NCBI RefSeq assembly: GCF_000150275.1
Contig: NW_002060945.1
Span: 5,319,397 to 5,383,396 of the forward strand
DNA length: 64,000 nucleotides
Direction of reading: 5' to 3'
Source: Trichoplax adhaerens
Taxonomy: Eukaryota > Animalia > Placozoa
Shown here: positions 23,101 to 36,100 of the stretch, one piece after another
Layout of the letters: every line of letters starts with the position of its first letter
Position numbering within the stretch: position 1 is the first letter of the stretch
The notes under the pieces: model-generated
The model's database searches: none
What the model saw: the letters and a program-made list of their open reading frames with translations, nothing else
Told to the model about the DNA's origin: nothing
Position numbers and translations under genes: made by a program

Positions 23101-26100
23101 TGACTTTTGCCAGCACAATTTGTCTAATTTTAAAAATAGATTGCCAACTTTCATAATAATATTGTCCCAAGATTTAAATGTATACGTATAAACTTAAAAA
23201 AAGTATTGATACCATCAATTTATTTCTTTTTACGCATTTTTTACTGTAAATTTACTATGTAGGTAGAGTGGGTAGAGCAAGAACTCATCAAATATCGATA
23301 TAAGCGCAATGCTGATTTGGAATTTAATGATTACCTCTGGCCGAAACAATGGTATCTTGTAAGTCCTGCTTATTTTCTTTGCTGTCTAATCTTCATCATG
23401 ATGACATCTATTTGATTTTTAAGTCATTCTTGGCTTATTTTTCTTAGTATGATTAATATTGTTTATAGATGAAACGCTGATTAATAAAGGTTATTATCTC
23501 TGTTGCCTTTATCGATTTTCTAGCATGACAAAAGAGATGCTCGATTTGACATTAATGTCCTTCCCGTCTGGCAGAAAAATATCACTGGAAAAGGGGTCGT
23601 AGTGACCATATTGGATGATGGTATGTTATTGACAGATGATCAATTAATTCACTCGAGAATAGATTCTCATTACAGTAAACTTATCATAAAAAATACTATA
23701 TTCACCAGAAGATGTTGAAAATTCAATTTAAAAATCCCATCCTATTGATGATAGAAACAATTTATTGAAGATAATTCGAAGTTGATTCTACTACTAGAAT
23801 ATTATATTGCAACAGGATGATAATTAATTATTGAATCTTGCTGCTAGAGTGTTGATATCACAATATTTAGTATACTTTGTATTGAATAAATAGAGGGATA
23901 GTTTGAACCTTTTCTTATGTTCTTATAACTATACAGTTGTTTTTTATTTTAAATATAATTTATTTTAGTTACACTAAACGATCATATTCATTCGCGTAAA
24001 GTACAGTACAGTAGCATTTATCAGACAGCGCTCTGCAAGTTTAAACTATTAATTAAAGAAATGAAAGCAGTCAATCATAAATTTGTCTTGTCAAAAAAGG
24101 TGCAATAAAAAGACGTAAAACGACTCGTAGTAGAACATATAAATTATAGTTTTAACCTTCATCCTGAATCAAACCATGAAACGGTCGATAAAATCCTTTA
24201 GTGCTTTAGATTTAATGGCCGTTTTTGCTATATTGCTATTGATAATTAGTCCTCTCGGAATAAATAATATCTTTCTGTATGCTTATCCAATTATTTGAGT
24301 ATAAAGATCATCTTTTACTATTACCTAAAACTTTTCATCAGCTTAGTCTAAGAGAAAAGTTTTTTATCGTGATAATCTATTCATTAATCCTTTAAAATTT
24401 TAACTAGCTAACGCAGTACCATTCGGCATTTTTATTCATAAAAGAAATAAATTTAATCTTTTTAAACTTTATCTATACTACGCTTAAATTGTTCAGGAAA
24501 AAAATATTAGATCATTGCTACAAGTTACATAGATTTATAATAAAGTAGTACGCCTTATTCCAACAGAAGTAATATTAAACAGCAATCTACTGTTAGCCAA
24601 GCAAAATGGATATAATTCTCTTATTCATGAAAATTGCACATTCTTATCTCGAGATTTAATTTGTTTTAGCTAAGTTTTGTCCATTATATATTCTATTGTT
24701 ATCTTTATTCATTTCCGTATTCTTTGCTCCTAATTTTAGGTCTTGAACATTCACACCCTGACATTAAATATAGCTACGTAAGTAACTAGAAGATCTAGCG
24801 AAATATATATAAGTTACGAATACTGATCTACTTTAATGTAATAAAATATAGCTGTAGTATTATAATAAAAAATGTTGCACAATAAGGAATACGTGATATA
24901 ATAGCATTCTTATCTTTATTAATTTATTAATAACTGAAATGCTCATAGTAACTATTATTTATTAAGTTATATCTTTTCTCTGTATATATATTTAAACGCT
25001 TATCTAGGATCCTGAAGCAAGTTATGATTATAATGATTATGATAATGATCCAGAGCCAAGATATGACAGTCGAAGTTCTAATAGGTATGAGACAAGCTGA
25101 CGCAATATAAAATTATAATGATAGCAATGAAGCAATTAATACATATAAAAAGAAATGTCAAGAATAATAAAATTATTTATATATATATTCTATACTAATA
25201 TTGACCTGATATAGAAGTTTTTAAAATTTTAATGTTAATAAAAAAATTGCATTAATTTTAAGCAGTATATATCTTCCTTAATGATACAACTAAAAGTAAT
25301 CCTTCATGATACTATAATAGTTACATAAAATTGTATAAGAGTTTCTTTAGAATGCTTAGCAATATAAACATTGTCATATATATTTGAACAATCAGAGATA
25401 CTGCATACAGATCACCAGGATAAATGTTTAGAAATATTTGCTTTCAGTGAAATCAATTTTTTATTACTGCATTAGCTAACTAGCTCGGGGTAATCTTATC
25501 TACTGTACATGTTAATCTGATAATATGGAAGCAACGTTGTGCATTCTATTTAACTAAATCAAAAACTTCCATTTTCACGATGCTTTAAATTTAATTTGAA
25601 CTATGAAGCAAATATACCTATAATTAATTTGCTTCTGTGAAAAAATACTTAAGTTTTCTCTATCTAAATATGATAAATCTAGACACGGTACACGTTGTGC
25701 GGGTGAAATTACCATGAAACCTAATAATAAAATGTGTGGTGTAGGTGTCGCTTTTGGAGCTAGAATTGGAGGTGATTAACATAATCCGGTGGTTATTTTT
25801 TTATCAAGACTAAAATTTTGCAAACTTATATATCATTTCCCTGTCCATTTTAATTATCTTCCTTATATATCCATTTGTATAATAGGAATTCGAATGTTAG
25901 ATGGTTCTATTACTGATGGTGTTGAAGCTTCATCATTGGGCCATAATATGCAACATGTCGATATCTATAGTGCAAGCTGGGGACCTAATGATAATGGTAG
26001 GACTGTCGATGGCCCAGGTGATATTGTTATGAAAATCCTTAGAAAAGGAGTAACAAAGGTAGTTTGCGTTGTCATATATTCAATCAATTTCTCTTAATAT

Positions 26101-27865
26101 TTAAGAATTATGTCCAATCTATGACACCATTTATGAAATAAAATTTACTTTGTACGTATTTTTAATAATAGGGACGTGGAGGTTTAGGATCAATTTACGC
26201 CTGGGCATCTGGTAACGGAGGAAGACGTGGTGATAACTGTAACTGTGATGGCTACGTTAATAGCATTTACACCATTGCTGTTAGCTCTGCTTCTTATAAT
26301 GGAACTCCACCTTGGTATGCAGAAGATTGTACACCAGCTTTAGCTTCTACTTACAGTAGTGGTGCTGATGCACTAAAGAAAGTGGTATGTTTAACGTTGC
26401 GAAATAAATGCAATGAATTGATTAATGGCTTGATTCATACAGGAAAAGTCCTGATAATATGCTATTTAAAATAATATTTCATTTATTCACTACCAATTAG
26501 GCTTCTATCGATTTACGAGGTGGATGTACTACTAGCCATACTGGCACTTCAGCTTCAGCACCTATGGCTGCTGGTATCTATGCTCTCGTTTTAGAAGCAA
26601 AGTATGTATACCTATCTTGTCGTTATGGTTATTATTGAACATATAGATTATGTTCACAAAATCCTCTCGATCAGTTTATAATTATTCTTGTTCCAATACC
26701 AAATATTATGACATTATATAGAAATAATTATGTCATTTAATTTTAATTTAATTATCTAGTCCTAACCTGACATGGCGAGATGTTCAACATGCTACCGTTT
26801 GGACATCGAATCGTAAAAATTTAACGAAAAGTGGTTGGGCGAGAAATGGCGCATCACGCTTGTACCATCATAAATTTGGCTTTGGAATATTAGATGCAGC
26901 AGCATTAGTTGATATTGTTGATCCTAAGGTATGGAAAACCGTACCTGAGCAAAAGTTTTGTCCTTTGACAGCTGATAAAATAGAAAGGTAAATGCCTATT
27001 CAAGTGCTCACCTTATACATGTTTAAAATAAATCTGTTAAGGATGTTATATCCTAGTGTATAAATTGAAACAAAAAATTGTGATCATATTTACATTAATC
27101 TAAATCCATTGCGTAACTCTATATTGTAACAGAGAAATCTCCAGTGAAGGAATTGTACGAATCCAAATTAAAAGTCATGGATGCCAGGACTCCAAAGATA
27201 GTATTAATTATTTGGAACATGTTCAACTCATATCTACAATTGATTTTTCGCGGCGTGGAGATTTAGACATTACTCTAATCTCGCCAAGTGGTACAAGATC
27301 GAATTTATTAAGTAGAAGACTTCGTGATTCATCCGCATCTGGATTTAACAGTTGGCCATTTATGTCAACTCATTTCTGGGGTGAAAATCCAAGAGGTACT
27401 TGGACCGTTGAAATTAAAAATGTCGGCATGACGAATGAACACGGTTTCGTTCGAGAAACCATGTTAGTATTTTATGGAACAGAAACTATGCCTGATGTTA
27501 TGCGTCGTGTTTTATCGAAAGATGATGTGAAATTAACTAGTAATCATCAGTCATCACAAAGTCATCATGGTGAGGTAATGAAAGGAAAAATTCATGAGGA
27601 AGGTCATTTTGGATCTAATTTGAATCAAGCTGAACATAATAGCAATATCAACGAACACATCTTCGATAAACATGAGGGTAATAGATATGACCATCTCGAA
27701 AAGAACGACGTTCACCCATTGCATCGATCTTTCCATAAGAAATATTCAGGTGATTCTGATATGCCAGCACATCTTTTACGATACTATGCCCAAATATTAA
27801 AGCGAAAAAATAGAAACAACTATTCAAAGCGATCAAAGTTGTACCGTTATCAGCGTGATTTTTAA
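20102..27865 (+). CDS. PCSK1: Prohormone convertase PC1/3-type (subtilisin/kexin S8B). Exons 20102-20335, 22890-22991, 23263-23358, 23524-23620, 24740-24777, 25008-25084, 25683-25771, 25886-26058, 26172-26384, 26501-26601, 26760-26987, 27133-27865
   Basis: Signal peptide; prodomain with RRSKR and RYKR cleavage sites; catalytic [24 protein letters not shown]; P-domain RRGDL. PC1/3-like segments: [52 protein letters not shown]. No Cys-rich or TM tail (so not furin/PC5), and oxyanion Asn rather than Asp (so not PC2). Confidence 0.9.
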
Positions 27866-28562
27866 TAACAAGATATTTAAAATTACAACATAGATGATAT
27901 TAAAATCACTATTGAGTGGACTGTGACAGGAAATACTAGTTCAATTAAATGCTGTAGTAGCTAGAGATATTAAAAACAAAAATGTACGATTTCCTATCCT
28001 ATAATGAGTTTATGTTAAAGAAAAGGACTATTAAATGTAATTTTTAGCTTAATTGTTTCTATAGAAATGATAGCGTGTGCAATTCTCATAGAATAATGAA
28101 AAATAACCTGTATGGTAGCTGAGTTCTATAGCTAGTTGTTTAACGGTAATATTATAATTGCAATACTATTTTAGTTCATTTGAAATATGTAGAAATTTAG
28201 CTCAAACTAGTAAATTTGTGCCTTTTCTTATCTGTCTATCTTAATCAAATGGAAAATATCAAATTAGCTATTGTATTTCCAGAGGTATAACTGAAAGATG
28301 ACAATTAATGAAACTATCCATCAATATAAATCTCTATATATATGCGAGTATACATATATGTATAACATATAATATATATATATATATACAAGAAATGGCC
28401 TGAATTGTATGACAACTTAAAAAAGAATACATTATAACTATCATTCTATTTTAATAATTATAAAGTTAGCAATATACCATCACCAGAGTCATTGCAAAAC
28501 TGATCAACGCTAAGGTGCAATAATGCTGCTGCATTACATACAATAGAATTATGCAAATGTAG

Positions 28563-28592
28563 TCATGGATCTTTAGATCTAGAGATCCATGA
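28563..28592. repeat. 30-bp near-perfect palindrome TCATGGATCT-T-TAGATCTA-G-AGATCCATGA, ~700 bp after the convertase stop
   Basis: Read directly. The only mismatch is a U-G wobble on the + strand. Confidence 0.85.
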
Positions 28593-31500
28593 TATAGCTA
28601 TTAGTAATTTAGCCTCAAAATACTATATTGTAATCGCATGTTGAAAGTTAAATTGTTTCATAGGTTAAGAATTTAGGTTCTTCAGATTGTAAGCTCTACA
28701 ATAAACAAGGTAGATTGTTCTAAATGGTATTGGTATAGGTGTATAGACCGAAATGAGAAAATTCGAGCCTAGAAAAGCAATAAAACTTATTCAAGACAAA
28801 ATTAGAATATTTTGTGAGCGAATTGCCCTGATTTGTCTGTCTAATGTGACTAAAACGGACCTCAATTACAAACACTTTTTGGGGCATTACACTAGGATAG
28901 AAAAGAAGTGAATTTATAATTTCATTAGAATCTACAAATTATTAAGTGGAACAAGTACTATTACAAAATGCTACAGCGAGCATATTTGCCTTTAGGAGGA
29001 GGGATTTATCTTATACTAGCAGCGAAATCTACTAACATCCTTACTACAACATTCACTCTAAAACTCGAAATTGCCTCACTTCAATGAATCCAAGCCTAAT
29101 CCAAAATGCTATTTAACCCATTCATTAAATTTAGTACTACAGTATAGGCCTTACAGTACAGTATTGAGTGGAAGTGTGATATGTGAGAATAAAGTACGGT
29201 AACCTATTTCTATTTTACATATAGAACATATATATCCATATATATGTATACTTTATATAATTAACTAAAACTTATACAGAGTATAGCTGAACTGTATCGA
29301 TTTTTGCTGCAGTGTCTATAATTAATATGGAAAAGTTCGTTAAAAATAAATATCATTTGCAAATATATATACTTTATATAATTAATTAATGTTAAAAAAG
29401 TATAGTAGAATTGTATGCATTTTTTACTACAGTATCTATGATAAACTTATTATGAAAGAGTTAGTCAAGATGAATATCTTCCCCGTATAAATCACATATT
29501 TACCTTGGAAGCAATAATGATTCAATTATGATATTTTAAGAATATTGTCAAGCTGCTAAGTAAACGTAAAGAGCAAATATACGCGTATATGACTATCACT
29601 TATGATACTTTGCACATCATGAAGGAAATTCTCGTATGAAAATTGATAAATGGCAGAATATCAGCAAGTTCACTATTCCAAGACGTCAGGAGTTGCATTT
29701 TGAAAGCGCGTAGCAGTACACTTAGAATTAAGCACAATTTAAACAAGAACCTGGTATAAATTTAAGCGTATGATGTGAATGATATACTTGAATATTTACC
29801 TTAAATAGATGTAGAAATATCATATCAATATGTAAGCTACAAACATAATGTGGATCTAGATACTTTACTATAACAAAGTTATGTTAGATAGCAAAGCTTA
29901 ATTGCAGATAGTTACTTACTGATAATATAATCGTCCACTTGGATGGATTTAAAATACATAGTAACACTTCCTTTACATCGGAGATATCGAAATGAATCCA
30001 TTTTGAATTCTTATAGTGGCGAAATTTGGGGATATTAATAAATACGTGAGTAAGTATTATAAATGATACACATATTTGGCGAATGTAACCAATACTTTCA
30101 ATTACAAAGGTGCCTTTAATAATTTAATACACCATTTCAAGTAATTTATCAATATATCTTTTCCATAGTGAATAATAAAGCCTGTTGATTTCATGTAAGC
30201 AACAATACGCTAAAAGAAAAAATAGGGGCTTGATTTCAATATTAATAAGAACGAATGAATCATTATTTCCTTCATTTATTTACTATTTATAGCGTTAAAC
30301 TTTAATTACTACTAGTAATGATACTTAATAGATTTAATCTATTTCACATAGAATTTAATTGCAATTACTAATTAGAGAGAAGCAGATTATTTATCGGCTA
30401 GCAGTCTTGTATTTTACAAGAACAGCCCCAAAGAAGATCTATTTAATTGAACCCGTAAGTTTTCTATTAACTTATAAGAATCATCAATTTACGAGAAGCT
30501 ATTAAAGAAAAACATTAAAATATTAATTCTTACTTATTGGTGAGTAATAAAAACAAAAAATTCTTTTGTATCCGTAATAGGAGTATAAATGCTACTGGAG
30601 ACTTTGATGAAGGAAGAGTATTATTACTAATGTAAATGGATATTGAGATACTAATTGCTACAGGGTTGAATTCATTACAGCCACTAGTGCTTTTTAATAA
30701 AGTCTTTTAATTTTACTTTATGAATGACAATAAAGCAGTTATTTATTTAGCTATTGATGTCTATGGTAAACAATAACGCCGATGATAACAGGCTATTGAA
30801 ACTCGATTGTTTCCCATAGTTATTAATTTGTCTGTCTTAGTTCTTCCAATCGTGGCTATTCTGCATGATTTCAATGCTAAATAATGGAGTGCCAAGAAAA
30901 ATAGTATTAGTCAACGATGATGTTTTTGGATATTACAGCCAGTGGAGAGACATAGCATTTTGCAGTTGAAGAGCTTGAAAAGACTTCATTAAACTGTTTC
31001 TTTTAAAATCTTATTTGTAAGTCTTCAATTTTAATGAACAATTCATAAGACCTTGCAAAATAAAATATTAGTCTCTATTCAATCCGATGCTATTTAAAAA
31101 GAGGATTGACGATAATTTAGCGTTATGTTCTTTAGCAGTCACCGGTACCAAGACTTCAGTTTTGCATCAATATTACTATTCAAATAAAGGACAAGTAACC
31201 TTTCATGACAATAAACAGCAGCTTTTAGATTCAATACTTTAAAATAAGAAGTACTAATAAAAAATTTATTAATATTGTGGGGATGTTTTTATTGGAATCC
31301 TAGTACACGATAGATGATAGCGAATTACTTCACCATTTCCACCTTTATTTTGATAAATTAAAACCTAACAGACAATCTTTACTGCAGTCAGAATATTTTT
31401 ACTCGCTAAATGATATTTCTAGCGAATTCTGATTAAACTCTAGGGCGATGTCAATGACTAGAACTTTAAATTCTTCACCATTCCTCCTCTATAAGAAATA

Positions 31501-31634
31501 GCATACGTCAATATAAACATTTTAGATAGGGTAATGACGAGTAAACATGCAGTAGTAAACTCGTACTACTACCACTGTAGTATTATCCAGCTCATATGAA
31601 TATCGCTAATCGCTCTTTTTAATTATTCGGCCCA

Positions 31635-32022
31635 GCTAGAATTCATTTTCATCTCCTTCCAAAATTCTATATACTCATTCTAATTTTTCAGGCTAGTATA
31701 GCTTTGGCTAGAATTCATTTTCATCGACTTTCGCTATTCTTCGTACTCTTTTTAATTTTTAATCCTAACCTAGCTTCAGCTAGAATTCATTTTCATATGC
31801 TTTAAGTATTATTTATGCTCTGTCTAACGTTCAGCTTAGTCTAGCTTCAGCCAGAGTCCATTTTCATCTACGATCCGTGTTCTTCATACTCTTTCTGATT
31901 TTTCAGCCTAATCTAGCTTCATATAAAATTCATTTTCATCGACTTTCTGTATTTTTGATGCTCTTTCTAAACCTTCAGCCTAGTCTAGCTTCAGCTAGAA
32001 TTCATTCTCATGGACTTTCAGT
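31635..32022. repeat. 72-bp minisatellite, ~5.5 diverged copies (starts ~31635, 31707, 31779, 31850, 31922, 31994)
   Basis: Recurrent core CTAGCTTCAGCTAGAATTCATTTTCAT with period 72 (once 71). Confidence 0.92.
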
Positions 32023-32285
32023 GTTGTTTATACAATTTTAAGTTCTTGGAATCACAATTTTAATCGATCGATTATCTCCTTTTATACTATTACCTTCGTC
32101 TCTAAATTGAAGCCAATAACCATTATTTCCATACCAATAGATCATTATTTTCAAGCCAATAGTCTATTGCAATGATAATAGATTATTCAGCGCTAAGAAT
32201 TATCGGATTATAATTAACCTGCGCATCTCAAGGGGGTGCCCAGGTGGCCCAGCGGCTATCATCAAATGGAAGTTGTTATTGTTTG

Positions 32286-32299
32286 GTCGCTATAGAAAC
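32286..32299. promoter_or_regulatory. RFX X-box-like element GTCGCTATAGAAAC in the TTLL6/13 upstream region
   Basis: Fits GTYNCY-AT-RGNAAC. It follows a GC-rich patch (32220-32256) and precedes a probable 5'UTR exon (donor ~32726). The target is a ciliary gene. Confidence 0.6.
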
Positions 32300-33115
32300 C
32301 AAGCGCTTATACAAAATCCTTCTCTCTCTGCACTTTCTACTATTGTTAATATTAAACCTTTTTTGTAATTTTGTCAACTCTAGTATTATCCTAGTGGAGA
32401 GGAAAGTATACATTAATCAGCTCGTAAAAGTTGACGATAATATTGATGTAAGAAAGCGCAACTAAGGAAAGACTGTTCTGCTGTTACAATCATCATTAAA
32501 AGCTACAATTACTTAATCGATTGGCCAGAAAGCAATCCATTAGTTGGAATAGAATATTACTTTATTTCGTTGTTGTCGAAAGATATCCACTACAATCTGT
32601 CATCCAAAATTTTAATGCAGTAGAGATCGATTGTTTAAGATTCTGTTCGTTCGACGGGATAATTTTAGGAGTTGAACTACGTCGAGATTGGACGACAACA
32701 AGGCATTGCAGTGTTAACTCGATAAGGTAATATTTCGACTCTATATTATATTAGCTGATAGATTATTTCTCAAGGTAGACATGAAGACAGAATAGCATAG
32801 ATAATAATGGTATACGTAAATGATTAGTATCCACAATCGAGTCGAATAATATTCCACGGAAAACTATCCATAACGTCCTACCATTTCACACCAATCTTAC
32901 TTTATATATTTAATCATCTAAAGAAATGAAATAATAAGTTACCAATTATTTTTTTGTTTTCTTTTTATTTTTCCATTAATGTTTTTATCCACTTTATGAT
33001 TTTAGTTACGATTGAGCGATACTATTGCAAGAACTTATCGACTATACTCATATGGTGCTAGATAGAATTATCCATTTGCAGTAATACACGCTAACGTAGA
33101 ACATAACTTTCTATC

Positions 33116-36100
33116 ATGAGTAATGATGTCCGTAGTAGTGCTGTCAACGACGGCATAGAAGTTAGTTTACATGGAGAAAGCGATGTAGAAGCAAGTAAAC
33201 ATGATCATCTCGACGAAAATGGAGATATCGAATATAGTATTCATGGTGAGAGTGGATCAGAATCAAATAAGGATGTAAAAGAAAATAAACCTCAAGGAAT
33301 AGCTAAAAAGAAACGTAGAATTCGCAAAGGGTGAGATTATCGCGATTAAGCACTTGATTACTATAGATTGGAATAAAGGTAGTTATTATTTTTTGGTGGT
33401 AACCTGCGGATCTCAGTCCCATTCTTTGATCATAGTATGAAACAAGTTATGTTTTTGTAGTGTAAGAGAAATGTTAGCATTGTTTTCTATTCTTGTAAGA
33501 AAAAAATTAGTTTACATTTAGTGGGTTGCTACTAGTGCACTTTCATCATCTTGTCAATTTACTTTCTTTATTCTATATCCTATTTTTAGTTGGATGGGGA
33601 TTAATACTTCAGGATGCAAATATGATAGCGGTAAGTGTTTTCTATTATATATAAATGGAACCACAAAACAACTCTTGATATTACGTAGACTGCCATGCTG
33701 TACATCACCTATATAAATCCTGATACCGCATATGAAATTGAAAATTAAAACCAACTTTGTCAAACTTATCCATTCGACAATAAATTTATCTTGATTACTA
33801 ATATCAATGATCAATTGAAAATTTCATTAATTATTCCTTTCCAACGATTAAAAATTTAGTACGTAGAGTAGCTCGTCGTTTCGGCTTGAAAGAAGTTGGC
33901 GAAGATGAAGATTGGTCGCTCTATTGGACTGATAGCTCAATCGCTCTGGAACGTGTTTTGGAAATGAAACGATATCAGGTAGCATAGATTTCTTAATCGC
34001 TTATGCAAGCCATTAACAGTTATTTCCATAACGATTACAGTTCTAAATGAATAGCTTAGGTGACCATCTTTATCCTATGTAGAATATAATTTACTCGCGC
34101 ATATTGAATATTGGATTATTGCTCCAGCATAAACTGCTTCCAGCATCCCTCGATCGCATTTTATTTTCATTATTTAATTTACCTACACAATTTTAAAATT
34201 ATCATCAGGATGTTACCGCCCATTTACTTTTTACAGAAGAGATATATGTAACAATCTAGCTCATCCTTCAGCCATTTCTAACCAAATTATTATGATTTTT
34301 AGCTTATCTTATTGTATTATTTCACCAGGAATTAAAGTAGAGCTAATTGCTTTCAGCATTATCGTCCATAGTACAGATTACATCTATTCCTATTTCAATT
34401 AAAATCATCGGACGTCATAGTATTAAATTGACGATAAGGAAATCGGTGATTCATATTACTTTAGTCTTTGAGGTATTTCCTATGCAGACAATTATATGTC
34501 GGTATGAATGTTCTAATTAACAGCTCATTTGTAGTCTGTTGTACATTTCGACGCCTTATTTCAGTTCAGTCTCCAATTCTCGGATGACAGCAAAAAAATG
34601 GAAAATCTTGGTACATCAATTATCTTTAATCTCATTTAATTGGTATAAAATCTCTTGTTTAAATGAGTCTGAAATCGAATTCATTTCGATTGCTATTCGA
34701 TGATTGAGCATCGAGTGTAAAATAGAGCATATGCATTGGTGTAGAGGTAACCATCTTCAGATTGAGTGATTATATTGACTGCACTATTAGAAGATAAAGT
34801 ATTTATAAGCTTAATGAACAGTAGAAAAAGCGTGATTTTTTAAAATATGGTTCCGCAACTAAATACATACCGGTATCTATCATCTAAATTAAAGATTATT
34901 ATTGCACGCCGGTGGAATTTCTTGAAACATCATTTTATATATTTTTAACGTTATACTCGCATTTCCCCGATTGTTTTATTTCAAGATAAGTACAAAGCGA
35001 TTTTACTGATTTGCTAATACGTGATGGTGATTTATTTTTAAGTCTGTAGTAAAAGGCTTTTATGTAACAATTTATCAGAATGTTAGCGACGTTGTAATAA
35101 TGATAGTTGAGAGTAATGGGTACCGTATTATTTTAATTTAACATCAAAAGGAAAAACTTTGCCCCTAACTGTGAGATGAACAGTGTTTTTATTCTTTTCA
35201 TGTATGTATTAAGACAGGGAAAATTGATTCCTCCATCTTGACAGAATGACCTTCACAGAACCAATATGAGATAAAATGTGCAGGGATTGCTATAGCAACG
35301 CCTTGCCCTCCTTTCTCAAATAATTATAATTAATAGTCTATCATAGTAATAATTACACATATCGAGATGGTAGAAATTCTCTAATTATCCCCAATAAGGG
35401 TAAATAATAGATGAAAGATTGAAGCAGAATAATTTGATATAGGAAGAGTAACATCAAAGGAATATTGCTGTCATTTTTCGGGAGTTTTAATCTCTGTAAA
35501 TAAACTATTAAAATTAGGGTTCATTAAAGGCAAAGATCCTACAGACGTCATTGCTTTAATTGTTCATCTTATTACCATAATATCGGATTAATCTGTGAGT
35601 TAGGATGAAAAGATTAATGCGCTATTTTTTCTTTAATTATTTTTTTGTACTCTTCTGATCGAGTGAAGAGTTGATTGAATTTACTGTTTGCATCCTGATG
35701 TTCATTTTTTTGGCTTTAGATAGCCTATACCTCTTAGTAGCAAATTTATTATACATTAGTAGACTCTCCTATATATACCTATTTATCTAGTTTATCACTT
35801 TGGATAATATGCAATTGTTTGTGACAGATTTTGTAATACATTGATAGGTTTTAATATTTGAATTATATATCTATTTTATTAGTTGGAATAATCTTCATTG
35901 CTAACGACGAATTCATTACACGTTGTCAACCTTCGACTAGAATACAGTAGATGGTTGTATACTATCATAGAGCTACTGATAAATATATTCTGGGGGTTAG
36001 TAGTATGGTTCCATCCATTCCTAGAACCTTTTCAGCTTTGATTAATAAGCTAAAAATATTCTTAGGAATGTCTGCAACACTATTCATTAGTTCATATCGC

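Noticed and set aside
20102-27865. Furin, PC5/PACE4 or PC2 assignment
   Set aside because: No Cys-rich or TM region, oxyanion Asn present, and PC1/3-like segments throughout.
28330-28390. TA-rich palindromes here and (TA)n runs at 11707, 17720, 58195 and 59815
   Set aside because: Ordinary AT microsatellites.
31635-32022. CRISPR-like look: ~27-bp conserved core at a 72-bp period
   Set aside because: The 'spacers' are homologous to each other, the cores are degenerate, there are no cas genes, and the context is eukaryotic. It is a minisatellite.
31635-32022. A - frame whose stops are mostly TGA (one copy TGG), suggesting code-4/NUMT origin or selenocysteine
   Set aside because: TAA stops and a frameshift also occur, the translation resembles no mitochondrial protein, and a single A/G transition explains the TGG.
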